A stretch of DNA of 64,000 nucleotides from an uncultured Hyphomicrobium sp. Its GTDB lineage: Bacteria > Pseudomonadota > Alphaproteobacteria > Rhizobiales > Hyphomicrobiaceae. The position numbers were made by a program, and so were the translations under genes. The stretch is taken from positions 8,298 through 72,297 of the forward strand of contig CAYLSI010000014.1 of NCBI GenBank assembly GCA_964386545.1. The letters run 5' to 3'. The notes beneath the pieces are model-generated. The model was not told the DNA's origin. It made no database searches and worked only from the letters and a program-made list of their open reading frames with translations. Shown one piece after another: positions 50,354 through 61,105 of this stretch. Within the stretch, counting starts at the first letter, position 1. The number at the start of each line of letters is the position of its first letter.

Positions 50354-52876
50354 ATGTTCTTCAAGCGGCTCAGCAGAGAAAAGCGGCCTCCGGCTGCGGC
50401 GCCCGAAGCGGTGTCGAAGGTCGAGAGCGCCGGCTCGTCCGGCATTATTCCCGCCCTTCTCAGCCGAACGGAAGCGCAAACGCTGTCCGCCGCCGACCTG
50501 CGCCGGACCGTGGACGCTTCTTCGCTCGGATTCAAGACCACCGACGACCTGACGCCCGCGGACGGCCTGATCGGCCAGGAGCGCGCGCTCGAGGCGATCA
50601 AATTCGGCCTCGAGATGAAAGCGGACGGCTTCAACATCTTCGTGCTCGGGCCGCAGGCCAGCGGCAAGCACACGGCCGTCCGGGCGCTCGTCTCCACCCT
50701 CGCGGCGGCGGCCGAGACGCCAGCCGATTGGGTCTACGCGCCGAACTTCGACGATCCCCTGCGCCCGCGCGCGCTGTCGCTTCCGGCGGGGCGGGGCCCG
50801 CGCTTCGCGCGCGGCGTGCGTGAGGCGTTGACCGAGCTTTCGGTCGCGCTGCCCGCGGCGTTCCGCAGCGAGGACTACCGCGCGCGCCGGCGCGTGCTCG
50901 ACGAGGAGCTGCGCGCGGCCAACGACGATGCGCTCGCCCACATCTTCGCCAAGGCCGCGCAGCAGAACATCGCGGTGCTTCGCACGCCGCTCGGCTTCGG
51001 CGTCGCCCCCATGCACGACGGCAAGGTCGTGAAGAGCGAGGTCTTCAACCAGCTTCCGGCCACCATGCGGCGCGACGTGGAAACGCGCGTCGCGGCGCTC
51101 GAAAAAGAGCTGCAGGCCGTGCTCGCCAACGCCCCCGAGGCCGAGCGCGCGCGCCGCACGCAACTGGCCGCGCTCAACGCCGATACGGCGCGGCACGCGG
51201 TGGAAGACTGCCTCGATGCGCTGTCGGCCGAATTCGCCAAGGTTCCCGAGGTGGCCGCCCATGTGGCGGACATGGAGACGGACATCATCGCCAACTGCGA
51301 GCGCTTCGCCGAGATCCCGTCGCGGGACGCTGCGCTCGACGCGTTCGAGGACGGCTTCTTCGGGCGCTATCTCGTCACCGTCATGGCGTCGTCCGCGCCC
51401 GATGCGGGGAGCCCCGTGCTGGAGCTCGCCCCGGTGTCGGCGCCGGCGCTCACGGGCTTCATCGAGGCGGCCCCTTCCGGCCGCACCGTCTCGCATCCCA
51501 CGCTGCGGCTCCGTCCCGGCGCGCTGCATCGCGCGAACGGCGGCCTGCTGCTGATCGAGGCGCGCGATCTCCTCGCATCGCCCGAGAGCTGGCAGGCGCT
51601 GAAGCGCGCGCTCAAGACGGGTGAGATCGCCGTTGCGGCGTCGCCCGAGGCGGCCGGCGCATCCGCCGCGGCGATCGTGCCTCAGCCCGTGCCGCTCGCG
51701 GTCAAGATCGTGCTGTTCGGCGATGGCGAAAGCTATCAGCAGCTCGAAGCGGCAGATGCCGAGTTCGCGCGCTATTGCAAGGTGCAGGCGGATTTCGACG
51801 ACACCATCGCGCGGTCGAGCGAGAACGAGCGCAGCCTGGCGCGCCTCATCGCCTCCATCGTGGCGCGGCACGCGCTGACGCCGGTCGACGCGGCGGGCGT
51901 CGCGCGCCTTCTCGACGAGGCGTCCCGCATCGCCGAGAACCGCGAGCGCCTGACGCTCGAGGTCGGCCGGCTGACCGACATCCTGCAGGAGGCCGACCAC
52001 TGGGCGCGGGCGGAGACGCGCAAGACGATCTCGGCGGACGACATCCGCAAGGCGATCGAGCAGCGGGCGCGGCGCACGGACCGGGCGCGCACGCAGGCGC
52101 ATGACGCGATCGAGCGCGGCGTCGTGCTCGTCGACACGTCGGGCGCCAAGGCCGGCCAGGTGAACGGCCTGTCGTTCGCGGCGAAGTCCGGACCCGGTTT
52201 CGCGCGGCCCGTCCGCATCACGGCGCGCGTGCATCTCGGCGGCGGCCGCGTCACCGACATCGAGCGCGAGGTCTCGCTCGGCGGGCCGCTGCATTCCAAG
52301 GGCGTCATGATCCTCTGGGGCTACCTCGCCGGCCGCTATGCCGACGACGTTCCGCTGGCGCTCGCCGCCTCGCTCGTGTTCGAGCAGTCGTACGAGCCGG
52401 TGGACGGCGACAGCGCGTCCGCGGCCGAGCTCTTCGCGCTGCTCTCGGCGCTGGCCGATGCGCCGCTGCGCCAGGACCTGGCCGTCACCGGATCGGTCAA
52501 TCAGTGGGGCGAGATCCAGGCCGTCGGCGGCGTCAACGAGAAGATCGAAGGCTTCTTCGACCTCTGCGCCGCGCGCGGGCTCACCGGCACGCAGGGCGTC
52601 CTGATCCCGGAAGCCAACCGCCAGCACCTCATGCTGCGCGAGGACGTCGTCGCCGCCGTCAAGGAGGGCCGCTTCAGCGTTTCGACAATCAAGACCGCCG
52701 ACGAAGGCCTCGCGCTCTTGACGGGCCTCGAAGCGGGCCAGAAGACGGCCGAGGGCTTCGGCGCGGCGACGCTCAACGGGCGCGTCGCGGCGCGGCTGCG
52801 CAGCTTCGCCGAAAAGGCGCGGCTCTACGAGGCCGACGGCAGCCGTCGCGGCGCCGCAGCCGGGAAGGCCGCATGA
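50354..52876 (+). CDS. Lon-like protease family protein (AAA-like N-domain + S16 Lon proteolytic domain; LonB/YcbZ-type)
   Basis: 840 aa. Degenerate P-loop VLGPQASGKHTAV. C-terminal Lon protease domain with Ser (DGDSASAA) and Lys (VNEKIEG) dyad context. Confidence 0.75.
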   Translation: MFFKRLSREKRPPAAAPEAVSKVESAGSSGIIPALLSRTEAQTLSAADLRRTVDASSLGFKTTDDLTPADGLIGQERALEAIKFGLEMKADGFNIFVLGPQASGKHTAVRALVSTLAAAAETPADWVYAPNFDDPLRPRALSLPAGRGPRFARGVREALTELSVALPAAFRSEDYRARRRVLDEELRAANDDALAHIFAKAAQQNIAVLRTPLGFGVAPMHDGKVVKSEVFNQLPATMRRDVETRVAALEKELQAVLANAPEAERARRTQLAALNADTARHAVEDCLDALSAEFAKVPEVAAHVADMETDIIANCERFAEIPSRDAALDAFEDGFFGRYLVTVMASSAPDAGSPVLELAPVSAPALTGFIEAAPSGRTVSHPTLRLRPGALHRANGGLLLIEARDLLASPESWQALKRALKTGEIAVAASPEAAGASAAAIVPQPVPLAVKIVLFGDGESYQQLEAADAEFARYCKVQADFDDTIARSSENERSLARLIASIVARHALTPVDAAGVARLLDEASRIAENRERLTLEVGRLTDILQEADHWARAETRKTISADDIRKAIEQRARRTDRARTQAHDAIERGVVLVDTSGAKAGQVNGLSFAAKSGPGFARPVRITARVHLGGGRVTDIEREVSLGGPLHSKGVMILWGYLAGRYADDVPLALAASLVFEQSYEPVDGDSASAAELFALLSALADAPLRQDLAVTGSVNQWGEIQAVGGVNEKIEGFFDLCAARGLTGTQGVLIPEANRQHLMLREDVVAAVKEGRFSVSTIKTADEGLALLTGLEAGQKTAEGFGAATLNGRVAARLRSFAEKARLYEADGSRRGAAAGKAA

Positions 52877-53754
52877 TCGCGCACGTCGCCGAGGCTGACG
52901 AGCAGAGGGGACGCGTCGTGCTGTGGCTCGGCGGCCCGGGCGATCCGCACGACACGGCCGTCGAGGCGGCCGTGAGGCTGGCGCAGGCGTTCCGCGCCGA
53001 GATCGACAGCCTGTTCATCGCCGACGACCAGCTCTTCGACCTCGCGGATCTGCCGTTCGCGCGCGAGGTCTCGATGTCCGGGCGGCAGATGCGCTCGTTC
53101 TCGACGGAAGCGCTCGCGCGCGAGATCCAGGCCAACGCCTCGGCGCAGCAGCGTCTCGTGCAGGCGCGCGCGGCGGCGGCGGCGATCGTCGCGCACGCCC
53201 GCCACATGCGCGCCGATCCCTTGGGCGCGCTCGCCCGGGCCTGCACGGAGAACGGCCCGTGGAATGTCGTGACGGTGGGCTCTCCGGTTCGCAGCACCGA
53301 TGGCGCGACGCTCGCGGGCGCGGGTTTTGCCGGCGTGTTCGATGCGGTCCAGGCGACGACCGGGATCGTCGTCACCGGCCCCAAGGCGACGCGGACGGGC
53401 GGACCGGTGATCGCGGTGGTGGAGGAGATCGAGCGGCTCGCGCCGATGATGCGCGCGGCCGAGCGCATCGGAAAGACCACCGGCGGCGACGCGCGGCTCT
53501 GGCTTCTCGACCACGACCAGGGGCGCCTCGAATGGATCGAGGGGCAGATCCGCCTGGCGCTCGGCGCGACGCCGGCGATCAAGCTCGAGATCGTGGACAT
53601 GAGCCGCCACACGGCCCTCGACGTAGCCGCCATGATGCGGCGCGAGCGGGCAGGCTTCGTCATCACGCGCTTCGGCGGCGTGCTGGCCCCGACCGACGAC
53701 GACGCGGCGCTGTTTGCCGAAATGCTCGAAGGCCCGCTGTTTCTCGTGCGCTAA
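52872..53754 (+). CDS. hypothetical tandem universal-stress-protein(USP)-like alpha/beta protein, translationally coupled (ATGA) to the Lon-like protease
   Basis: 293 aa. Two repeated halves each beginning V(V/I)LWLGGPGD... / PVIAVVEEIERL..., resembling Usp-fold segments. Assignment tentative. Confidence 0.5.
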
Positions 53755-53838
53755 TTCTGGTGCGCTGACCTTGCGCGCCGCGCGCGGCCGTCCTAGAGCG
53801 TTCGGCGATCCCAATCACGACAGCCAGAACGGACGCCA

Positions 53839-54726
53839 ATGCCGGAGCTTCCCGAGGTCGAGACGGTGCGCATGGGGCTCGAGCCCGTGCTCGCGGGCCG
53901 CGTGCTCAGCAAGGTGCTGCTGCGGCGCGCCGACCTGCGCTTTCCGTTCGCGCCGAAGTTTGCCGAGCGCCTCACGGGCGCGCGCATCCTCGCGCTCACG
54001 CGGCGCGCCAAGTATCTCGTCGCGGAGCTCTCGACGGGCGACACGCTCGTCATGCACCTCGGCATGACGGGACGGTTTCACGTGCAGGCGCGCGGAGAGG
54101 CGGCCGCGCACCTCATCGGCGACTACGAGTACGCGACGCCGGGCGGCGACAAGCACGCGCACGTCGTCTTCGACACGGACGACGGGACGCGCGTCATCTA
54201 CTCGGACCCGCGCCGCTTCGGCTACATGCTGCTGATCTCACCCGACGAGATCGCGATGCACCCCGCCCTGCACGGGCTCGGCGTCGAGCCGCTGTCGGAT
54301 GCGCTCGATGCGGCCTACCTCGCGCGGCGCGCGGCGGGGCGCAAGACTGACCTCAAAGCGTTCCTGATGGACCAGCGTACCATCGCCGGGCTCGGCAACA
54401 TCTACGTGCTCGAAGCCCTGCATGCGGCCGGGGTCAAGCCGTCGCGGGGCGCCTCCACGCTCGCGACGCGATCGGGCAAGCCGACGCCCGCGGCCGAGCG
54501 GCTCGTCGCGGCGATCAAGGACGTTCTCAAGGCAGCCGTGCTGGCGGGCGGGTCCACGCTGCGGGACTACCGGCAGGCGGACGGCAGCACGGGGTCGTTC
54601 CAGAACACGTTTCGCGTCTACGGGCGCGCGGGCGAGCCTTGCCTCACGCCCGGTTGCCGGGGCATCGTGCGTCGCAGCGTCCAAGGCGGGCGGTCGAGCT
54701 TCTTCTGTCCCGTCTGCCAGCACTGA
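53839..54726 (+). CDS. mutM: formamidopyrimidine-DNA glycosylase
   Basis: N-terminal MPELPEVE catalytic Pro. C-terminal zinc finger CxxC...CxxC. Confidence 0.9.
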   Translation: MPELPEVETVRMGLEPVLAGRVLSKVLLRRADLRFPFAPKFAERLTGARILALTRRAKYLVAELSTGDTLVMHLGMTGRFHVQARGEAAAHLIGDYEYATPGGDKHAHVVFDTDDGTRVIYSDPRRFGYMLLISPDEIAMHPALHGLGVEPLSDALDAAYLARRAAGRKTDLKAFLMDQRTIAGLGNIYVLEALHAAGVKPSRGASTLATRSGKPTPAAERLVAAIKDVLKAAVLAGGSTLRDYRQADGSTGSFQNTFRVYGRAGEPCLTPGCRGIVRRSVQGGRSSFFCPVCQH

Positions 54727-54739
54727 AAGGCGGCCCCCG

Positions 54740-55513
54740 ATGGCTTTCGAGACGATCCTGACTGAAACGCGCGGCCGGGTGGGGCTGATTACGCTCAACC
54801 GGCCGCAGGCTCTGAACGCACTCAACGACCAGTTGATCGGCGAATTGAACGCAGCGCTCGACGCCTTCGAGGCGGACGAGGGCGTCGGCGCGATCGTGGT
54901 GACGGGCTCCGAGAAAGCCTTCGCGGCCGGGGCCGACATCAAGGAGATGCAGGCCAAGACCTACATGGAGGCGTTCAAGGGCGACTTCATCGCGAGCTGG
55001 GAGCGGATTGCCCGCTGCCGCAAGCCGGTGATCGCGGCGGTGGCCGGGTTCGCGCTCGGCGGGGGCTGCGAGCTGGCGATGAGCTGCGACCTCATCCTCG
55101 CGGCCGACACGGCGAAATTCGGCCAGCCGGAGATCAAGCTCGGCATCATGCCGGGGGCCGGCGGTACCCAGCGCCTCGTGCGCGCCATCGGCAAATCGAA
55201 AGCGATGGAGCTATGCCTCACGGGGCGCATGATGGATGCGGAGGAAGCGGAGCGGTCCGGGCTCGTCGCGCGCGTCGTCCCGGCGGCGGCTCTGCTGGAG
55301 GATGCGATCAAGACGGCGGAGACCATCGCGGCACAGTCGATGACGGCGTCGATGATGACGAAGGACTGCGTCAACCGCGCGTTCGAGACGACGCTGGCGG
55401 AAGGCATCCGCTACGAGCGGCGCACGTTCCACGCGATGTTCGCCACGCACGACCAGAAGGAAGGCATGGCCGCCTTTACGGAGAAGCGCCGCCCGCAGTT
55501 CCGGAACGAATGA
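54740..55513 (+). CDS. enoyl-CoA hydratase (crotonase family)
   Basis: 257 aa. Oxyanion-hole motifs [19 protein letters not shown]. Confidence 0.9.
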   Translation: MAFETILTETRGRVGLITLNRPQALNALNDQLIGELNAALDAFEADEGVGAIVVTGSEKAFAAGADIKEMQAKTYMEAFKGDFIASWERIARCRKPVIAAVAGFALGGGCELAMSCDLILAADTAKFGQPEIKLGIMPGAGGTQRLVRAIGKSKAMELCLTGRMMDAEEAERSGLVARVVPAAALLEDAIKTAETIAAQSMTASMMTKDCVNRAFETTLAEGIRYERRTFHAMFATHDQKEGMAAFTEKRRPQFRNE

Positions 55514-56138
55514 TGCGCGTCTGCGTGACGGCCGACATCATGCAGAGCGCGAAGATCGCGATGCCGCCCCACAGGAACACCTCGTTGGCGGCCCAGTCGC
55601 CCTTGAGCGTCGCGAGCTTGCCGGTTCCCACCATGTAGACGAGGCCCGCCGCCACGGCGAAGCCGTGCAGGTACGTCAGATAGATCGGCGGGACGGGAAG
55701 GCTGCGGATGCGGCCGAGCCGCATGCCGTAGAGCGCGAGGCAGGCGGCGAAGACCGCCGCGCCGGTGCCGTACTGGAACGCGTGGCGCCAGGTGAGGTCC
55801 GACAGCGAATAGACCGCATAGAGCGCGGACGCGCCCCACGCATAGACGAGCGCGGCGAGCCAGATGTTGCAGCGGACGGCCTCGCGCACCGCCTCCAGCC
55901 CCGCATAGCGCGACGAGAACGTGCCGTTGCGCGCCCACACTGGCGCGTTGATGCCGAGGCCCGTGCCGACGACGAGCGCGACCAGGAGCCCGGCCGCGAT
56001 GGCGGGCAGAAAGCGGTCGCCGCGTCCCGCGCCCAGCACCATCATCGTGATGCTCAAGGCAGCGGCCAGCAGCAGCCATGGAAGCAGCGGCCGAAGCGAG
56101 ATCCCCGGCGTGTAGGAACTTTGCGAATGTGTGCTCAT
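55476..56138 (-). CDS. integral membrane protein, paralog 1 of a tandem pair (unknown function)
   Basis: About 6 TM helices. C-terminal [19 protein letters not shown] matches the paralog's DVDWAGNGIFLFGALALAIV. 38-nt convergent overlap with the enoyl-CoA hydratase 3' end. Confidence 0.55.
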   Translation of the reverse strand: MSTHSQSSYTPGISLRPLLPWLLLAAALSITMMVLGAGRGDRFLPAIAAGLLVALVVGTGLGINAPVWARNGTFSSRYAGLEAVREAVRCNIWLAALVYAWGASALYAVYSLSDLTWRHAFQYGTGAAVFAACLALYGMRLGRIRSLPVPPIYLTYLHGFAVAAGLVYMVGTGKLATLKGDWAANEVFLWGGIAIFALCMMSAVTQTRIIRSGTAGGASP

Positions 56139-56164
56139 ACGAGCTTTTGACTGGAGCGTTTTGC

Positions 56165-56256
56165 GATCCGACAGAACCGGATCGCGCGCTCTAGATTCTT
56201 GATTGGTCGCATTTTCTTACGCCGAACTGGCCTCCACTTCGTCGGAAAATGCTCTA
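56165..56256. repeat. dispersed intergenic repeat, copy D (extended form); its terminal CTCTAG supplies the stop codon of the membrane paralog 2 gene
   Basis: GCGATCCG-acagaac-CGGATCGC hairpin + CGCTCTAGATTCTTGATTGGTCGCATTTTCTTACGCCGAACTGGCCTCCACTTCGTCGGAAAATGCTCTAG. Confidence 0.8.
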
Positions 56257-56847
56257 GGAGGAATTCTTCTTACCGTCAATCAACGCGTGTGCCGAGACGA
56301 TCGCCAAAGCCAAGGCTCCAAAGAGAAAAATTCCGTTGCCGGCCCAATCGACGTCCGTCGTCACGAGAAACTCCTTGTCGGGGTCGACAGCGAGCCCGAT
56401 CATCGTCGCGATCATGCCCGCGAGCTGGCCGATGGCCATATAACGGCCGAGCCGCAGCAGCGTCGGGTCCTCCTTGCCCTTGGCCGCATCCGCGCCCAGC
56501 ATGGCCGAGAAGCCGAGGCAGAGAAGGCCGGCGACGGCGAACGCGGCCGAGAAGTGCGGCCACTCGCGCCACTGCAGCACGAGATTGTAGACGAGGATCA
56601 GCGCGGCCGCGCCCCACAGCCAGATCAGGCCCATGTAGCGGGCCGTCGTGGCTTCGACGCGGCTGCGCGAGGCGGACACGGCCGAAAGGGCACGCCGCTG
56701 CGCCAGGGCGACGGCCACCAGCATCAGATTGACGAAGCCGGCCGCGCCCAGCAGGGCCAGCGGCTCGCGCGCATCGGCGGCATAGACGACGGCAGCCAGG
56801 CCGACGCCGAGGACCAGCGTCCAGGCGATCACGGAATGAATGGACAT
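56254..56847 (-). CDS. integral membrane protein, paralog 2 of the tandem pair
   Basis: 197 aa. Same topology and C-terminal motif as paralog 1. Confidence 0.55.
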   Translation of the reverse strand: MSIHSVIAWTLVLGVGLAAVVYAADAREPLALLGAAGFVNLMLVAVALAQRRALSAVSASRSRVEATTARYMGLIWLWGAAALILVYNLVLQWREWPHFSAAFAVAGLLCLGFSAMLGADAAKGKEDPTLLRLGRYMAIGQLAGMIATMIGLAVDPDKEFLVTTDVDWAGNGIFLFGALALAIVSAHALIDGKKNSS

Positions 56848-57031
56848 TTCAGCGTGTTCCTCCGTCTCGCCCCGCCGTCCCGGTCTTACACCACGACTTC
56901 AGGGCACGGGCAATCCATTGCGCACCCCTCGGGTCGAGCGGAGGCACGGAGGATCTCCACGCGTCAGGCGGCGCCGAGGCACACCTCAGACGGCGCCGAG
57001 GGCACCATGTCAGACGGCGCCAAGGCACATG

Positions 57032-57967
57032 TCAGACGGCGCCGAGGCACCAGGCGAGAATGCCCTTCTGCGCATGCAGGCGGTTTTCCGCCTCGTCGAA
57101 GACCACGGACTGCGGGCCTTCGAGCACGCTCTCCGAGACCTCGTGGCCGCGATAGGCCGGCAGGCAGTGCATGAAGATCGCGCCCTTCGCGGCCTTGCTC
57201 ATGAGCGCGTCGTCGACGGCATAGGGCTTCAGGAGCTGCTTGCGGCGCGCCGCGTCGGTCTGGCCCATCGAGACCCAGGTGTCGGTCACGATGCAGTCCA
57301 CGCCGCGCACGGCCTTCACGGGATCCGTCATCACGGTGACGTCCGCCTTCTCGCGACGGACCCACTCGATCACGTCGTCGCTCGGGCGGAGCTGCTCGGG
57401 GCAGGCGACGCGCAGCTCGAAGCCGAACTTCGCGGCCGCGTGCATCCAGGAGACGGCGACGTTGTTGCCGTCGCCGACCCAGGCGACCGTGCGGCCCTTG
57501 ATGGGGCCCATGTGCTCCTCGAACGTCATCACGTCCGCCATGATCTGGCAGGGGTGCGAGACGTCCGTCAGGCCGTTGATCACGGGCACGGTGGCGTGCT
57601 TGGCGAGATCGAGCAGCGTGTCGTGCGCGTTGGCGCGGATCATGATCGCATCGCCATAGCGCGACAGCACGCGCGCCGTGTCGGCGATGCTCTCGCCGCG
57701 GCCGAGCTGCAGGTCGTTCTGGTTCAGCGTGATCGTCTGGCCGCCGAGCTGGCGCATGGCGACGTCGAACGAGACGCGCGTGCGCGTCGACGGCTTCTCG
57801 AAGATCAGGAGCAGGACGTCGTCCTCGATGCCCTTCGGCTTGAGCTTGGCCGGCACGCGCTTTCCGGCAGCCTTCATCGCATGGGCCGCATCGATGATCT
57901 TGCGCAGCGTCTTGGCGTCGATCTCGTCGAGATCCAGGAAATGTCGAATGGCGTTTGCTTTGGCCAT
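57032..57967 (-). CDS. argF: ornithine carbamoyltransferase
   Basis: STRTR carbamoyl-phosphate motif, HCLP motif. 311 aa. Confidence 0.9.
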   Translation of the reverse strand: MAKANAIRHFLDLDEIDAKTLRKIIDAAHAMKAAGKRVPAKLKPKGIEDDVLLLIFEKPSTRTRVSFDVAMRQLGGQTITLNQNDLQLGRGESIADTARVLSRYGDAIMIRANAHDTLLDLAKHATVPVINGLTDVSHPCQIMADVMTFEEHMGPIKGRTVAWVGDGNNVAVSWMHAAAKFGFELRVACPEQLRPSDDVIEWVRREKADVTVMTDPVKAVRGVDCIVTDTWVSMGQTDAARRKQLLKPYAVDDALMSKAAKGAIFMHCLPAYRGHEVSESVLEGPQSVVFDEAENRLHAQKGILAWCLGAV

Positions 57968-58001
57968 GGCGATCCGGCCAGCTCCGAGTTGAGGTTGATG
58001 C

Positions 58002-59183
58002 TCAGGTTTTGGATTGCGCGATCTTGGATTGCGCGACGCGGCCCAGCGCGCGGGACAGGCGCTCGACGCCTTCGGCGATCTCGTCGTCCGACACGGTCAG
58101 CGGCGGCAGCACGCGCACGACGTTGTCGCCCGCGCCGACGAGCAACAGCTTTTCGGCCAGCGCCGCGGAGACGACCTCCGGAGGCGGCACCGAGACCTTG
58201 ATGCCCGCCAGCAGGCCCTGGCCGCGGACTTCCGTCACGAGGCCGGGGAACTGATCCACCACGCTCGCGAGGCTCTGGCGCAGCCGCAGCGCACGCTGCT
58301 GGACGCTCTCGAGGAAACCGGGCTCGAGCACGATGTCCAGAACCGCGTTGCCGGCCGCCGTCGCCAGCGGATTGCCGCCGAACGTCGAGCCGTGCATGCC
58401 GGCCGAGAGGCCAGCCGCGGCCTTCTCCGTCGCCAGCACGGCGCCGAGCGGAAAGCCCCCGCCGATGCCCTTGGCGACTGCCATGATGTCGGGGGTGATG
58501 CCCGCCCATTCGTGCGAGAAGAAGCGCCCCGAGCGGCCGACGCCGGTCTGCACCTCGTCGAGCACGAGGAGGATGCCGGCCTCGTCGCACAGCGCGCGCA
58601 GGCCGCGCAGGAACTCGGCCGAGCCGACGTTCACGCCGCCCTCGCCCTGGACCGGCTCGATCATCACGGCCGCCGTGTCGGGGCCGATGGCGTCGTGGAC
58701 CGCCTCCAGGTCGTTGTAGGGCACGTGGTCGAAGCCCGGCATCTCGGGGCCGAAGCCTTCGAGGTATTTGGCGTTGCCGGCGGCGGCCAGCGTCGCCAGC
58801 GTGCGGCCGTGGAACGCGCCGTAGCACGTCACGATGCGGCACCGCTCCGGCTCGCCGTTGACGGCGTGATAGCGGCGGGCCGCCTTGATGGCGCCTTCGC
58901 AGGCTTCCGCGCCGGAATTGCAGAAGAAGACCTTGTCGGCAAACGTCGTCGCGACCAGGCGCTCGGCCAGGGATTCCTGGCCCGCCACGCGATAGAGGTT
59001 CGAGGTGTGCCAGAGCTTCTCGGCCTGCGCCTTCAAGGCGGCGACGAGATGGGGATGGGCGTGTCCCAGCGCGTTGACGGCGACGCCGGACCCGAAATCC
59101 AGGTAGCGCTCGCCCGTTTCCGTCTCCAGCCACACCCCCTCGCCGCGGGCGAACACGATGTCCTGTCGCGCGTAGGTGCTCAT
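58002..59183 (-). CDS. argD: acetylornithine aminotransferase (class III PLP aminotransferase)
   Basis: PLP-lysine context [15 protein letters not shown]. Start at [11 protein letters not shown] (59183); the ORF-track N-extension is unlikely. Confidence 0.9.
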   Translation of the reverse strand: MSTYARQDIVFARGEGVWLETETGERYLDFGSGVAVNALGHAHPHLVAALKAQAEKLWHTSNLYRVAGQESLAERLVATTFADKVFFCNSGAEACEGAIKAARRYHAVNGEPERCRIVTCYGAFHGRTLATLAAAGNAKYLEGFGPEMPGFDHVPYNDLEAVHDAIGPDTAAVMIEPVQGEGGVNVGSAEFLRGLRALCDEAGILLVLDEVQTGVGRSGRFFSHEWAGITPDIMAVAKGIGGGFPLGAVLATEKAAAGLSAGMHGSTFGGNPLATAAGNAVLDIVLEPGFLESVQQRALRLRQSLASVVDQFPGLVTEVRGQGLLAGIKVSVPPPEVVSAALAEKLLLVGAGDNVVRVLPPLTVSDDEIAEGVERLSRALGRVAQSKIAQSKT

Positions 59184-59848
59184 GACCGCGGGAGACGGGC
59201 CTTTCGAGTTGCCTGTCTGACCTGCGGCCGAGGCCGTGAGGGGTTTGGACACGGTGCCCATACCACTCCCCCAAAATGACGAAAGCCGCCCTCCCGGCGG
59301 CTACGCGAAAGCAGGCGTGATACGCAAACACTCGTCTAAAGTCAACGGAAGCGCTCGGATGTCCCTAATTCCGGGAAGTCCAGGAACTTCATCTGACACC
59401 GGATCTTTTTTGCCCGGACACGCCGCAAGTTTTCGAATTAAATGCGGGGACAAATGCACGGAGCCCCTGCGTGCTGGGAGGCGCGACTCATTCTGTGGCG
59501 ATAGCGCCACTCGCCCCCTGTCAACACCCCAGGCGCGAAAGCGGCGGCTTGTACAAGAAAATCAAGTTATTGTAGGTTAACGAAATCCAGACACGACATG
59601 TCGCGCTTTCCGGCGGCATCTCCTGTATCCGCTGTCTGGCCTGCGTTCGGACCTTGTATATCAACGGCTTAGGTCGTCGGTCCGCCTCTAGTTCCTGCGT
59701 CATCTTTTGTTTGCGTTGCGGGTAGCAGCAGCTTGGCTCGCGCTTGGCGTTTTCGTGCGCCGCGCTGGAGTTTTGCCGCCGCTTTCCCGTGCGCCTGCCT
59801 TGTCTGGGTCGTCGGCCCGGACGGATCAAGTTTGGGGAGCGCAGAGAT

Positions 59849-60415
59849 ATGGCCTGGAACGACGAGCGGGTGGAGCTTCTGAAGAAGCTCTGGTCGGAGG
59901 GACTTTCCGCCAGTCAGATTGCCGGACGCCTCGGCGGCGTCACGCGCAACGCCGTCATCGGTAAAGTGCATCGCCTTGGCCTCTCGGGCCGCGCGACGAC
60001 CTCGCGCATGAAATCGCATCGGCCGCGCACACGAGCCGCGACGGCGGCCGGGGCACGCCGCATGCAGCAGCAGAAGACCCGCTTTCCGCAGCAGGGCAAC
60101 CCTGCCCTGCGCGCCCTTTATCAGCCGGAAGCCGAGCCGTTCACGCCGTCGGTCGAAGAGCTGGTGATCCCGCTCAAGGAGCGCCGGACGATCCAGACGC
60201 TGACCGAGTGCAGCTGCCGCTGGCCGATCGGCGACCCGCAGGCCGCGGATTTCCACTTCTGCGGCAAGACCAAGGTCACCGGCTTGCCCTATTGCGAATT
60301 CCACGCGCGCCGCGCGTTCCAGCCGCCGCAGCCGCGCCGTCGCGAACGCGACATCACCGAGCCGCGCATGCCGGCGCTGGCGTCGGTTTCCGGCAAGGAG
60401 CCGGCAGACGTCTGA
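59849..60415 (+). CDS. gcrA: GcrA cell-cycle regulator
   Basis: MAWNDERVELLKKLWSEGLSASQIAGRLGGVTRNAVIGKVHRLGL N-terminal domain and conserved C-terminal CxWP...C..H region. GGGGAG RBS. Confidence 0.85.
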   Translation: MAWNDERVELLKKLWSEGLSASQIAGRLGGVTRNAVIGKVHRLGLSGRATTSRMKSHRPRTRAATAAGARRMQQQKTRFPQQGNPALRALYQPEAEPFTPSVEELVIPLKERRTIQTLTECSCRWPIGDPQAADFHFCGKTKVTGLPYCEFHARRAFQPPQPRRRERDITEPRMPALASVSGKEPADV

Positions 60416-60577
60416 TCGTCTGGTCGAGGCAGAGTCAGTTTGACGGGGGTCAAGTTGACGGGGGGACGGGTCGGGCATGCCGGGGGGCTTGCCCGGCCCA
60501 TTCTTTTTGCAGGGGGCCGATTTGCACGCGGCCGATGCGGCGCGCCGTTCCGGCGGCCGGGATCGGATGGGCGCGTA

Positions 60578-61078
60578 TCAGACCGGCGCGTGCCGGCGGC
60601 GGGTCATGTCGAGGGCGTTTCTCAGGGCCGTCGCGAAATCCCGGCGCTCGTCGTCGTTCAGGAGGCGGCCGAACTCCAGCTCGCGGCCGTGCGAGGCCAG
60701 GAACATGTGGTTGCCGCCGTCCGGCCGCTCGCTGACGAGCAGGCGGACCCAATAGGGGTTGAACTCGAAGCTCTCGCTCTTGCCCGAGGCCGACACCTGC
60801 GTGAGCTTCAGCATCTCGGGCGTCAGCTCCACGAGCTCGTAGGCCCGGGCGGCGCGGTAGTTCAGCTTGAACGCGACATAGACCAGGAGTACGTCGAGGC
60901 CGAAGAACCCCATCACCGGCCAGGCGCCCAGCATCAGGAACACCAGCCCCGTCACGAAGCTGGCGCCGCCGATCGCCAGCATCAGGATCAGAAATCCTTG
61001 CGGCGTGAGGGATCGGTGCGGATGCAGGACGGCACGAAACACGCTCGCGTCCGGGGGCCCAGGTTCGGTAGTATCCAT
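60578..61078 (-). CDS. DUF2244 domain-containing integral membrane protein
   Basis: N-terminal PHRSLTPQGF motif typical of DUF2244. Two TM helices. Confidence 0.6.
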   Translation of the reverse strand: MDTTEPGPPDASVFRAVLHPHRSLTPQGFLILMLAIGGASFVTGLVFLMLGAWPVMGFFGLDVLLVYVAFKLNYRAARAYELVELTPEMLKLTQVSASGKSESFEFNPYWVRLLVSERPDGGNHMFLASHGRELEFGRLLNDDERRDFATALRNALDMTRRRHAPV

Positions 61079-61105
61079 GGCGTGAGCCTACCTTCGGGAT
61101 TTCTC

